NCBI GenBank assembly: GCA_900540865.1 | Contig: UQHH01000055.1 | Coordinates: forward strand, 1 to 18,418 | Direction of reading: 5' to 3' | Length of the DNA: 18,418 nucleotides | Source: an uncultured Oscillospiraceae bacterium | GTDB taxonomy: Bacteria > Bacillota > Clostridia > Oscillospirales > Acutalibacteraceae | Shown here: positions 8,432-16,577 of the stretch, in pieces | How positions within the stretch are numbered: the stretch's first letter is position 1 | Layout of the letters: each line of letters starts with the position of its first letter | The notes under the pieces: model-generated | Told to the model about the DNA's origin: nothing | Database searches by the model: none | Seen by the model: the letters and a program-made list of their open reading frames with translations, nothing else | Program-made: the position numbers and the translations under genes

Positions 8432-9108
8432 TGTGAAATTCCCCCTCTGTTTTGATTGGATTGTCCCGTAACCGGCTCGACCTGTACCGTCTGTTCGTCG
8501 ATGACCGCGCTTACGCGTACCGGCGTACCGGTCGGGATTTGCTGCTGTGATTTGGTCACCGCGTCGAGCTCTACCAAACGCTCCTGCAGCATAATCGTAA
8601 TTTTACCCTGTCCCTTTTCGCACGCGGGTACCGGGATATAAACCTTTCCCGCTTTCCCCAATGCGTTTTCAACGTTCAGGTTGCCCTTATCCTGCAGCCT
8701 GAACGCGTATTTGAACAACAGCGCAATGCCCACCAGGGCAGCCGCGCCCGCAAGGAACGCAAGGCCGACCGCAAACCCGGCGTTAAGATATTTTGACAAG
8801 ACAAGTCCCGTCCAGCCTCCGACCGCAAAGAACGCGACCAGGCCGCGCACCGTAAAGAGCCGAAGTCCCGGGTCGACGTCTTCCCCGCCGTCCGCTTCTC
8901 CGTGATGGAGGTCTCCATGGAAATCGCCGTGCGCGTCCATGTCCACATCCATATCTGTGTCCGCGTCCAAACCGTCCACGTCAGCGTGGTCAAATCCGAA
9001 CCCAAACAGCAGCATAATGGATTGGATAACCAGAATAATCGTTGCAGGCGCCGCAATACATACGAAAACCTGCTGGAGCAACGTCATGGCGTTCCACCAT
9101 TCCCACAT
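8416..9108 (-). CDS. nfeD: NfeD-family membrane protein (YuaF-like) with a C-terminal OB-fold beta-barrel and an unusual Asp/His-rich insert.
   Basis: TM segments, then a C-terminal segment (GKVYIPVPACEKGQGKITIMLQERLVELDAVT...VRVSAVIDEQTVQVEPV) typical of short NfeD proteins. It overlaps floT by 16 nt. The SD is aaggggag. The insert DHADVDGLDADTDMDVDMDAHGDFHGDLHHGEADGGEDVD is not typical of NfeD. Confidence 0.75.
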   Translation of the reverse strand: MWEWWNAMTLLQQVFVCIAAPATIILVIQSIMLLFGFGFDHADVDGLDADTDMDVDMDAHGDFHGDLHHGEADGGEDVDPGLRLFTVRGLVAFFAVGGWTGLVLSKYLNAGFAVGLAFLAGAAALVGIALLFKYAFRLQDKGNLNVENALGKAGKVYIPVPACEKGQGKITIMLQERLVELDAVTKSQQQIPTGTPVRVSAVIDEQTVQVEPVTGQSNQNRGGISQWIQP

Positions 9109-9135
9109 AATTCTCCCCTTCTTTCTGTACCAGAA

Positions 9136-9777
9136 TCAGTTCATCGGCTGTTCTTCCGTCGCTTTGGAAATCCCGTTATCCATGACCTGTTCAAACAATG
9201 CGTCCGCCCGCTTTTTAACGATAGAAGACGCATAGTAGGTCAGGATAATCCGCATTCCACCCAGCAGGCGCTTACGCGCGCCGGCATACGGCTCCGGCGT
9301 ATGTACGACGGCGTGCTCCACCATTTCCTCAAATTCCCCCTCGGTAAGCACCGTTTCAAAATCCATTTGGTCGAGTAGCGTACACAAAAAGCAGTAAAGC
9401 TGCGCGTCTGAAATTACATGTCCCTGCGCGTTGTCCGCTTCCCCGTTCGTGTAGGCCAAAAGCAGGGCGATTTGGTCAAGCTTCATGACGCCGCGCAGCA
9501 TGTTTATCATGATGATACGCGCGACATGGTTCTCACTGTACCGTTTATCGACCGGCTTCTGTACCCAGCCGCGGTTGACCCAGTTCTGGATTGCGGGAGT
9601 ATCGAGCCCCGTAATCTCGCGGACCTGCGCCAGCATCAGTCCCTTTGTAACGGAAAAAACACCGCCGAAAAAATCCTGCGCGCTCCTGTCCTTCCGTTCC
9701 ACTACCGTACCGGGAAAATAAGCCACACGTCCGCCCCCTTTCTCAACCTGTGGATTTGCCATGATTATACTACACAT
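9136..9777 (-). CDS. DUF1836-like protein with a MerR-type HTH (…ITGLDTPAIQNWVNRGWV..KRYSENHVARI…). It is the first gene of the nfeD-floT operon. Start uncertain.
   Basis: The HTH-like segment followed by the KRYS..H motif matches my recollection of the DUF1836 family. No convincing SD before either candidate ATG (9777 or 9762), so the start is approximate. 28 nt upstream of nfeD. Confidence 0.55.
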   Translation of the reverse strand: MCSIIMANPQVEKGGGRVAYFPGTVVERKDRSAQDFFGGVFSVTKGLMLAQVREITGLDTPAIQNWVNRGWVQKPVDKRYSENHVARIIMINMLRGVMKLDQIALLLAYTNGEADNAQGHVISDAQLYCFLCTLLDQMDFETVLTEGEFEEMVEHAVVHTPEPYAGARKRLLGGMRIILTYYASSIVKKRADALFEQVMDNGISKATEEQPMN

Positions 9778-9789
9778 TCATTTGAATGT
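9774..9789. promoter_or_regulatory. Perfect 7-2-7 palindrome ACATTCA-tt-TGAATGT at the 5' end / promoter of the DUF1836-MerR-like gene; candidate operator.
   Basis: Palindrome read directly from the sequence. MerR-type regulators typically bind dyads in their own promoter region. It lies in the divergent region between the 9136..9777 gene and the EndoQ-UvrD gene. Confidence 0.3.
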
Positions 9790-9949
9790 AAAGTACATTC
9801 TTAAGAATTTTTTGTGAAAATCATAAGTTGATTTTTTAGAGCTGAACGTAATTTTTCAAATAAAAGGAAGATACATTGTATTGCATACAAAAATGAAAAA
9901 GAGTATAATAGGATTTATCTTAAAAAGACAAAACAGGCAGGTGACTAGG

Positions 9950-12900
9950 ATGTACATTGCTGATTTACATATCCACTCCAAATACTCCCGCGCGACGAGT
10001 AAGGAATGCGTTCCCGAGTACCTTGATTTGTGGGCAAGGCGCAAGGGAATCGACCTAATCGGCACGGGCGATTTTACCCATCCAGCGTGGCGTGAGGAAT
10101 TAAAGGAAAAGCTTGCTCCGTCTGAGGAGGGGCTTTATATCCTCCGGGACAGCGCGCGTATTTCAGACCCGACTGTTCTGGGTACAAAGCAGACGCGTTT
10201 TGTCGTATCGGGAGAAATCAGCTCTATTTATAAAAAGAACGGCAAGGTACGCAAGGTGCATAATGTCATTCTACTGCCATCACTTGAGGACGCGGACACG
10301 CTCGCGCATAAGCTTGAGGCAATCGGGAATGTCCATTCAGACGGACGGCCGATTCTCGGCCTAGACAGCCGCGATTTGCTTGAAATCACGCTGGAAAGCT
10401 GCCCCCAGGCGGTGTTTATTCCCGCGCACATCTGGACTCCGCACTTTTCGCTGTTCGGCGCGTTTTCCGGCTTCGATACGATTGAGGAATGCTTTGAGGA
10501 CCTGACTCCGTATATCCACGCGCTGGAAACGGGCCTATCCTCCGACCCGCCGATGAACTGGCGCGTTTCGGCGCTCGACCGTTACAGCCTTGTATCGAAC
10601 TCCGACGCGCATTCCCCCGCAAAGCTTGGGAGGGAAGCCAATATTATAAATGCCGAGCTTTCCTATCCCGCGCTCAAAAAAGCGCTGGAAGGCGGCGCTG
10701 GCGAGGGCTTCGGCGGCACCATCGAATTTTTTCCTGAGGAAGGGAAATACCATTTTGACGGGCACCGCGGCTGCGGGCTGTGCCTGACGCCCGCACAGTC
10801 TGAGGAATACGGCGGGAAATGCCCGGTCTGCGGCAAAAAGATTACCATAGGCGTACAGCACCGCGTGGAGGAGCTTGCGGACCGCGCGGAGGGCTTTGTA
10901 TTGCCAAACGCTGCGCCCTTTGAAAGCCTCGTCCCGCTGCCGGAGGTGCTCGCCGCCTCCACCGGCTACAGCGCCGCGGGTAAAAAGGTCGCGGCTTTAT
11001 ATGAGGAGCTTCTGTACACAATCGGCTCTGAATTTTTCATCCTCCGGCAGGCGCCGCTGGAAGAAATCGGCCTTACAGCCGGGCCGTGTATCCGCGAGGG
11101 AATCCGCCGCCTTCGTTTGGGACAGGTGCGCCGCGACCCAGGCTATGACGGCGCGTATGGGGTTATCCATATTCTGGAACGGGACGAAATCGAAAGCTTG
11201 AGCGGGCAAATCAGCCTGTTTGGCGCCGCGTCCTCCGCAGACTGGCATACAAAAGCGAGCACGAAGCTTATCCGGAAAAAGAAATCCGCGGAGGTTCCAA
11301 AGGAAGAAACGGCTGCCGCGGAACAAAAGGCGGCTTCGCAGGATTTACTTTCCGGACTCAACGCGGAACAAAAACAAGCCGTGACCTTGCCCCCCTTCGG
11401 CGCCGCCGCAATTATCGCGGGGCCCGGCACCGGCAAAACAAAGACGCTGATTTCCCGCATTGCTTATTTAATAGAGGAATGCGGCGTAAAAGCGCGCGAC
11501 ATAACCGCTGTTACCTTTACAAACAAGGCGGCGAAGGAAATGCGCGAACGCCTCACGCAGCAGCTCGGCTCCAAACGCGCGGCGGCAGGCGTAACCGTAG
11601 GAACATTCCATTCTATTTGCCTGCAAAAGCTAAAAAAAGAGAAGGAGAGCATTACGCTTTTAGACGAATATGAGGCGCTCGAGACAGCGGGCGGTATTAT
11701 AAAAGACCTGAAAATAAAAATAACCCCGCGCGAATTTTTGCGCGAGGTATCGAACAAAAAAAACGGCGTGCCTTTAAAGTACCCTGAGCTGATGGAAGAG
11801 GCGTTCGGCCTCTACTGCGCACGCGTCAGCGAACTGGGGCTGATGGATTTTGACGACCTGCTGCTGGAGGCGCTTGCGCTTTGCGGAGACGCTCATAAGA
11901 AAAATGAAGGCAGCCATTTGCTGGTCGATGAATTCCAGGACATCAACCCGGTTCAGTATCGGTTAATCAGGGAATGGAACAGGACAGGACAGAGCCTGTT
12001 CGTCATCGGCGACCCAGACCAGGCGATTTACGGCTTCCGCGGGAGCGACGCCCATTGCTTTGAACGCCTGCGTGGTGATTATCCTGAGCTCCATGTCATC
12101 CGCTTGACGGAAAATTACCGCTGCTCGCCTGAAATCCTCAGCTGTTCGCTTTCGGTCATCTCCCAAAATTCCGGAGCTTCGCGCACGCTTTCCGCCAACC
12201 GCCCGCCGCAGGGAAGGGTTTTTCTGCGCACCTCGGAAAGCTCCCTGTCGGAAGCAATTTTTGTCGCCAAGGAAATCAACCGTATGGTCGGCGGTATCGA
12301 TATGCTCGACGCGCAGGCGCTCACAGAGCCGCGCGGCGCGCAGCTTTCCCGCAGCTTTTCCGATATCGCCGTGCTTTGCCGCACGCACCGGCAGGCGCGC
12401 CTGCTCGAGATGTGCCTGCGCAAGGAAAGCATCCCCTATATTGCCGCCGGACGCGACGATTTCCTTTCCGACGAAGCGGTGCGCGGCGTATCCGGCTTCT
12501 TCCGGTTCCTGCTTGAACAAAACGACGTGCCCGCCCTGCGCACAGCGCTGAAAAACGTTTGGAGATGTCCGGCGGATTTGGTTCAAAGCTTCTGCGACGC
12601 GCTGAAAAACGCGGGAGAGGCCGGACTGCACGCCGTCCTGGAGGAATATAAAAACGCGGGGCCGCTTAAGTCTTGTATTGAACAAATCATGGAATTCCTT
12701 CCCCGTGCGCATAAAGCAAAGCCGCGCAAATTATTAGAGGAATTTGCTGAGAAAAACAGCCTTACAGAGCACGAGCCGCTTATGCAGTTTATGAATATGG
12801 CCGTGTTCCATAAGGACATGGGCTCCTTTATGCAAACGCTTCTGCTGGGCGAGGAAGCCGATATGGAACGCAGCCCGGCTAAAACCTATCCCGCCGACGC

Positions 12901-13195
12901 CGTGCGCCTGATGACGCTCCACGGCGCAAAGGGGCTTGAATTCCCTGTCGTGTTCCTCTGTGGCGTAAAAAGCGGCAGCATCCCGCTGGAAGCGCAGGGA
13001 CGTGAAACCGATATGGAAGAGGAGCGCCGCCTGTTCTTCGTCGGCATGACGCGCGCAAAGGACGAGCTGTTCCTGATGGGCTCAAAGCAGGAGCCGTCCG
13101 TCTTCCTAAACAGTATTCCGCGGGAGCAGCTGCATACGGCGCCTGTCAGGGAACACACCCAGCGCAAGGATGTACAGCTGAGCCTGTTTGATTAA
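9950..13195 (+). CDS. Fusion protein: N-terminal EndoQ-like PHP-domain endonuclease (with a CxxC...CxxC zinc finger) joined through a Lys/Ala-rich linker to a complete UvrD/PcrA-type SF1A DNA helicase. 1082 aa from the ATG at 9950.
   Basis: N-terminus MYIADLHIHSKYSRATSKE...GIDLIGTGDFTHP is the characteristic endonuclease Q start, and HRGCGLC...CPVCGKK forms a C4 finger. Helicase motifs are all present: Q (LNAEQKQAV), I (AGPGTGKT), Ia (TFTNKAA), II (VDEFQD), III (GDPDQAIYGFRGSD), IV (ENYRCSPEIL), V (LHGAKGLEF), VI (VGMTRAKDEL). The SD is aggtgactaggATG; the ORF track's earlier start at 9881 lacks an SD. Confidence 0.85.
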   Translation: MYIADLHIHSKYSRATSKECVPEYLDLWARRKGIDLIGTGDFTHPAWREELKEKLAPSEEGLYILRDSARISDPTVLGTKQTRFVVSGEISSIYKKNGKVRKVHNVILLPSLEDADTLAHKLEAIGNVHSDGRPILGLDSRDLLEITLESCPQAVFIPAHIWTPHFSLFGAFSGFDTIEECFEDLTPYIHALETGLSSDPPMNWRVSALDRYSLVSNSDAHSPAKLGREANIINAELSYPALKKALEGGAGEGFGGTIEFFPEEGKYHFDGHRGCGLCLTPAQSEEYGGKCPVCGKKITIGVQHRVEELADRAEGFVLPNAAPFESLVPLPEVLAASTGYSAAGKKVAALYEELLYTIGSEFFILRQAPLEEIGLTAGPCIREGIRRLRLGQVRRDPGYDGAYGVIHILERDEIESLSGQISLFGAASSADWHTKASTKLIRKKKSAEVPKEETAAAEQKAASQDLLSGLNAEQKQAVTLPPFGAAAIIAGPGTGKTKTLISRIAYLIEECGVKARDITAVTFTNKAAKEMRERLTQQLGSKRAAAGVTVGTFHSICLQKLKKEKESITLLDEYEALETAGGIIKDLKIKITPREFLREVSNKKNGVPLKYPELMEEAFGLYCARVSELGLMDFDDLLLEALALCGDAHKKNEGSHLLVDEFQDINPVQYRLIREWNRTGQSLFVIGDPDQAIYGFRGSDAHCFERLRGDYPELHVIRLTENYRCSPEILSCSLSVISQNSGASRTLSANRPPQGRVFLRTSESSLSEAIFVAKEINRMVGGIDMLDAQALTEPRGAQLSRSFSDIAVLCRTHRQARLLEMCLRKESIPYIAAGRDDFLSDEAVRGVSGFFRFLLEQNDVPALRTALKNVWRCPADLVQSFCDALKNAGEAGLHAVLEEYKNAGPLKSCIEQIMEFLPRAHKAKPRKLLEEFAEKNSLTEHEPLMQFMNMAVFHKDMGSFMQTLLLGEEADMERSPAKTYPADAVRLMTLHGAKGLEFPVVFLCGVKSGSIPLEAQGRETDMEEERRLFFVGMTRAKDELFLMGSKQEPSVFLNSIPREQLHTAPVREHTQRKDVQLSLFD

Positions 13196-13226
13196 AGCAA
13201 GCAGCTCCTTCTAAACGGGGCCGCAA

Positions 13227-13264
13227 AAATACACGCAAAAGCGGGACGGCATATGCCGTCCCGC
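13227..13264. terminator. Bidirectional rho-independent terminator aaaa-GCGGGACGGC-atat-GCCGTCCCGC-ttttgttctt, serving the convergent EndoQ-UvrD (+) and rubrerythrin (-) genes.
   Basis: Perfect 10-bp stem with a 4-nt loop, flanked by an A-run on one side and a T-run on the other. It lies between the two convergent stop codons (13195 and 13305). Confidence 0.75.
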
Positions 13265-13304
13265 TTTTGTTCTTGGATGAATGTTTTATATGGTGTGTAA
13301 GGAA

Positions 13305-13847
13305 TTAGCCAAAATATCTTTCGAGAAGGCCCTTGAAGCCCGCGCCGTGGCGCGCCTCGTCCTTCGCCATCTCGTGGACGGTGTCGTGGATTGCGTCGAG
13401 GTTCAGTTGCTTTGCTTTCTTGGCAATCTCAAACTTGCCCGCGCACGCGCCTGTTTCCGCGTCGACTCTCATCTGGAGGTTCTTCTTCGTACTGTCCGTT
13501 ACGACCTCGCCGAGCAGCTCGGCAAATTTCGCGGCATGCTCCGCCTCTTCAAACGCGTACTTGGTGAACGCGGCGGAAATTTCAGGATAGCCTTCCCTGT
13601 CGGCTACTCTTGCCATCGCAAGGTACATACCGACCTCGGAGCATTCGCCGTTGAAGTTCTCAACAAGCCCGTCATATATTTCCTTGTCGACGCCCTTGGC
13701 AACGCCGACCTCATGGACGGTCGCGAATCCGGCGTCTTCCGTAACCTCGTTAAATTTTGCCTTCGGGGCCTTGCAGATGGGACATGCGTCCGGTGCCTCT
13801 GTACCCTCATGAACATAACCGCAAACAGTACATACAAACTTTTTCAT
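13305..13847 (-). CDS. rbr: Reverse rubrerythrin: N-terminal rubredoxin-like Cx2C...Cx2C domain followed by a ferritin-like diiron domain.
   Basis: [29 protein letters not shown], then four-helix-bundle motifs (EEAEH, EARH). The domain order (rubredoxin first) is that of clostridial revRbr. The SD is ggagg 9 nt before the ATG. Confidence 0.85.
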   Translation of the reverse strand: MKKFVCTVCGYVHEGTEAPDACPICKAPKAKFNEVTEDAGFATVHEVGVAKGVDKEIYDGLVENFNGECSEVGMYLAMARVADREGYPEISAAFTKYAFEEAEHAAKFAELLGEVVTDSTKKNLQMRVDAETGACAGKFEIAKKAKQLNLDAIHDTVHEMAKDEARHGAGFKGLLERYFG

Positions 13848-13905
13848 AACAAATTGCCTCCATTTTTATGTAATTAATTTATTTTTTATCCGGGAAAACC
13901 CGGCG

Positions 13906-14331
13906 TTAAGCGAGTTTTGTTTCCTCCGCGCCGTCTTTCATGCACGCGGCGCAGGTACCGAAAAAGCAAAGGCTGTGATAATCGACCTGAAAACCATAGG
14001 CGGACGCGACCGAATAATCAAGGCTCCTGTTGTCCCCCGTAATTTGGTTTACGTCGATTACGGCGCCGCATTTGGTGCAGATAAAGTGCGGGTGCGGCTT
14101 TACGTTCCCGTCAAAGCGTTCCTGCCCGTTTACCGTCCCGACCGAGATAACCATGCCGCGCTCCTTGAACAAGGAGATGTTCCGGTAAACGGTACCAAGG
14201 CTTAAATCGGGGAACTCGGGCTTTAATTGGTTATAAACCCATTCCGCTGTCGGATGTGTGTCGGTGGAGCAGATAGAACGGAAAATGGCTTCTCTCTTTT
14301 TGCTGAAGTTCTGTCTTTTCATACCATCCAT
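13906..14331 (-). CDS. perR: Fur-family metalloregulator, most likely the peroxide sensor PerR, immediately upstream of reverse rubrerythrin.
   Basis: Fur-family DNA-binding N-terminus and a C-terminal CxxC...CxxC pair (HFICTKCGAVID ... GTCAACMK). The PerR-rbr linkage is known in clostridia. The start may be the second ATG (14322). Confidence 0.75.
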   Translation of the reverse strand: MDGMKRQNFSKKREAIFRSICSTDTHPTAEWVYNQLKPEFPDLSLGTVYRNISLFKERGMVISVGTVNGQERFDGNVKPHPHFICTKCGAVIDVNQITGDNRSLDYSVASAYGFQVDYHSLCFFGTCAACMKDGAEETKLA

Positions 14332-14348
14332 CCTTTAAAAAATAAAAA

Positions 14349-14402
14349 CGAGAATCATTCCTGTTTCTGTATTTAGAATAGCACAGCCGTTTCTATTTGT
14401 AA
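14349..14402 (-). promoter_or_regulatory. Candidate sigma-A-type promoter of perR (-35 TTTACA at 14397-14402, extended -10 TGcTATTCT around 14374-14382, minus strand) with a Fur/PerR-box-like dyad GAGAATcATTCC (14349-14361) between -10 and start codon; possible autoregulation.
   Basis: Hexamers and 17-nt spacing read from the minus strand. The AATcATT core matches the centre of Fur/PerR boxes. Suggestive only. Confidence 0.3.
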
Positions 14403-14531
14403 AGATAAAATTTATGAAAATCAGACTGTTTTACCAAGTTTATGAAAAGCGCACATGAACCTCACACATATTGCGGAAATTTTTGGAATATATTTATTCT
14501 TGCAGAACTTTGACGGTTGGGGCGGTGCGTT

Positions 14532-15416
14532 ATGTATTGGAACCTGCGGATAAAAAAAAGCGTCCTGTGCTGTATTTGTATGGGGCTGATTTTCTGCCTG
14601 TGCCTTGTTATGGTGTCGGGCGGGAGCGTTCCGGCAATTGTTGAGACGGGCGCCGCGGCGGGCAAAGACAGCGTGACGCTTCCGGTTATTATGTACCACG
14701 GGCTGCTGCGCGACCCAAAAATGCAGGGGGAGTTCGTGATTTCGCCCGACCTGTTTGAATCGGACCTCAAGTACATAACGGAGCACGGGTATCACACGGT
14801 CGTCATGAAGGATGTTATCGATTTTGTCCATAAGGGAACAGAGCTGCCGGAAAACCCTATCATGATTACCTTTGACGACGGCAGTTACAACAACTATATC
14901 TATGCGTTCCCTCTGCTTAAAAAGTACGGCTGTAAAATGGTGTTGTCCCCCATTGGCTATTATACCGACCAGTACAGCAAAACGACCGACCTTTCCGCCA
15001 CCTACTCGAACGCCACGTGGGACAATTTAAAGGAAATGCTGCTTTCCGGATGTGTGGAGCTGCAAAACCATTCCTATAACCTGCACGCAAGCTCCGGCAG
15101 CAGGCTTGGAACACAGAAGAAAAAATCCGAAAGCGACGGCGCGTATCAAAAAATCCTGCGCGACGACCTCAAAAAAGCCCAGGAGCGTTTCCAGGATGAG
15201 CTTGGTATGAAGCCTGACACGTTTACCTATCCGTTCGGCGCAATCAGCAAGGCATCCCTCCCGGTCGTCAAGGAGCTTGGCTTTAAGGCAACGCTGACCT
15301 GCGCGGAAAAGCTCAACACCATCACAAAGGGAGACGCGGACTGCCTGTATGGGCTGGGGCGGTTCAAGCGCACCAACAAGGGCACGAGCGCGGCCTTCTT
15401 CAGCAGGCTGAAATAA
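14532..15416 (+). CDS. Polysaccharide deacetylase (CE4 / NodB homology domain), PdaA/PdaB-like, with an N-terminal signal/anchor.
   Basis: The NodB motif ITFDDGSYN plus downstream His-containing motifs fit CE4 deacetylases. Hydrophobic N-terminus. ATG at 14532 with SD ggcggtg; the ORF track's 14517 start is a TTG 15 nt upstream. Confidence 0.8.
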   Translation: MYWNLRIKKSVLCCICMGLIFCLCLVMVSGGSVPAIVETGAAAGKDSVTLPVIMYHGLLRDPKMQGEFVISPDLFESDLKYITEHGYHTVVMKDVIDFVHKGTELPENPIMITFDDGSYNNYIYAFPLLKKYGCKMVLSPIGYYTDQYSKTTDLSATYSNATWDNLKEMLLSGCVELQNHSYNLHASSGSRLGTQKKKSESDGAYQKILRDDLKKAQERFQDELGMKPDTFTYPFGAISKASLPVVKELGFKATLTCAEKLNTITKGDADCLYGLGRFKRTNKGTSAAFFSRLK

Positions 15417-15485
15417 CGCGCTGTGTCAACGCTCCTCGGTGGGCGCATATAATGTCCTATATAACAGAAGGAGTTGACCGTACCA

Positions 15486-16034
15486 ATGCCATCGGTTTTT
15501 TTAAGCCCCTCCACACAGGAGTTCAATCCCTACGTAGACGGCGGCAACGAAGAATATTATATGAACCTGATTGCGGACGCGATGATACCGTACCTTATGG
15601 CAAGCGGAATCACCGTGGCGCGCAACAATCCGGAAGAAAGCCTGCGCCAGGCAATCAACCTTTCAAATTCCGGCAACTACGATTTGCATTTGGCGCTGCA
15701 TTCAAACGCCGCGCCGCCAAACCTTGCGGGGCAATTGAGGGGCACAGACGTTTATTATTACGCGTCGAGCCAGCCGAGCGCCGCGGCAGCCAATATTATC
15801 GCGGATAATTTTAAAAAGGTTTACCCAAACCCAGCGCTCGTAAAGACCGTGGGCACTACAAGCCTTGCGGAGCTGCGCATGACCAGGTCGCCCGCGGTGC
15901 TCATTGAGATTGCGTATCACGACAATCCGCAGGACGCACAGTGGATACGGGATAATATTGACGCGATTGCGCGGAATCTCGCGATGTCGGTCGCGGAGAT
16001 TTTGAAGGTTCCGTTCAGGGAACCCACCGCTTAA
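15486..16034 (+). CDS. N-acetylmuramoyl-L-alanine amidase family (Amidase_3-like) protein, atypical N-terminus, 182 aa.
   Basis: The C-terminal two-thirds match the Amidase_3 core (DLHLALHSNA ... GTDVYYY ... PAVLIEIAYHDNPQD). The canonical N-terminal DxGHGG zinc motif is replaced by FLSPSTQEF, and no signal peptide is present. The ATG at 15486 has GGAGG 13 nt upstream. Confidence 0.55.
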   Translation: MPSVFLSPSTQEFNPYVDGGNEEYYMNLIADAMIPYLMASGITVARNNPEESLRQAINLSNSGNYDLHLALHSNAAPPNLAGQLRGTDVYYYASSQPSAAAANIIADNFKKVYPNPALVKTVGTTSLAELRMTRSPAVLIEIAYHDNPQDAQWIRDNIDAIARNLAMSVAEILKVPFREPTA

Positions 16035-16037
16035 ACG

Positions 16038-16070
16038 AAAAAGGAAGGGCAAAAGCCCTTCCTTTTTCTA
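16038..16070 (+). terminator. Rho-independent terminator aaaaaGGAAGGGC-aaaa-GCCCTTCCttttt.
   Basis: Perfect 8-bp GC-rich stem (13 bp if the A/T flanks are included) followed by a T-run, 4 nt after the amidase stop. Confidence 0.8.
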
Positions 16071-16340
16071 TTCCTTTTACTTTTTCTATTCCTTTTATAA
16101 AAAGAATTTTTATGATTTCTCTTTTATAGCTTTTTACTGATTTTTAAGAAACGTACTTTTCTTGGATTTAAAACTTATTATGTTAATTCAAAACGACGGG
16201 AACCGTGTATTGGTTTCCTCTTTCTCATTTTGAAGCATACTGCTTTTTGTTTTTTTATTTGAAACGTATCCGTTTCTTTTTAATAAACCAAACATTCTGG
16301 TTCTTGAATTTCTTCATCAAACTTTCTATGTTATCTTTTT

Positions 16341-16577
16341 CAAAAGGAAGAAACCGTTTTCGCCGGTTTCCTCCTTTTGGAATCTTCTTTCCGGCGACAG
16401 GGAAAACCTCGTCGCAGGTTTTCCCTTGACCCTTTCCAGCCGAGCAAGGGGCTTCGCCCCTTACAATCCCTGTTTTATAGTAAGCTTGACCGTTCCTCGT
16501 TTTGTGTACGGGTTGTAGAAACGGTACTACGGGACCGCCCAGCGCCGCGCCTGCGCGCGGAGTTCTTCGTGGGTGCG
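16341..16577 (-). repeat. Copy A of a ~235-bp hairpin-dense element (candidate structured ncRNA or cis-regulatory/boundary element). It is oriented on the minus strand relative to copy B.
   Basis: ~88% identical to the reverse complement of 18157..18391. It contains at least five stem-loops read from the sequence: CCGCGC-GCAG-GCGCGG; GUAG-N8-CUAC; GGGGC-GAA-GCCCC; GGGAAAACC-UGCGACGA-GGUUUUCCC; and a 16-bp stem CAAAAGGAGGAAACCG/CGGUUUCUUCCUUUUG. Confidence 0.6.

Noticed and set aside
16341-16577. Assignment of the structured element to a named riboswitch/RNA class (T-box, cobalamin, glycine, c-di-GMP, glmS, RNase P, tmRNA, SRP, 6S, retron msr-msd)
   Set aside because: Compared from memory against their conserved cores (e.g. 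T-box AGGGUGGNACCGCG, B12 box, RNase P P4). Only weak partial resemblance (GGGCGGUCCCGUA versus the T-box). It is not supportable without a covariance-model search.
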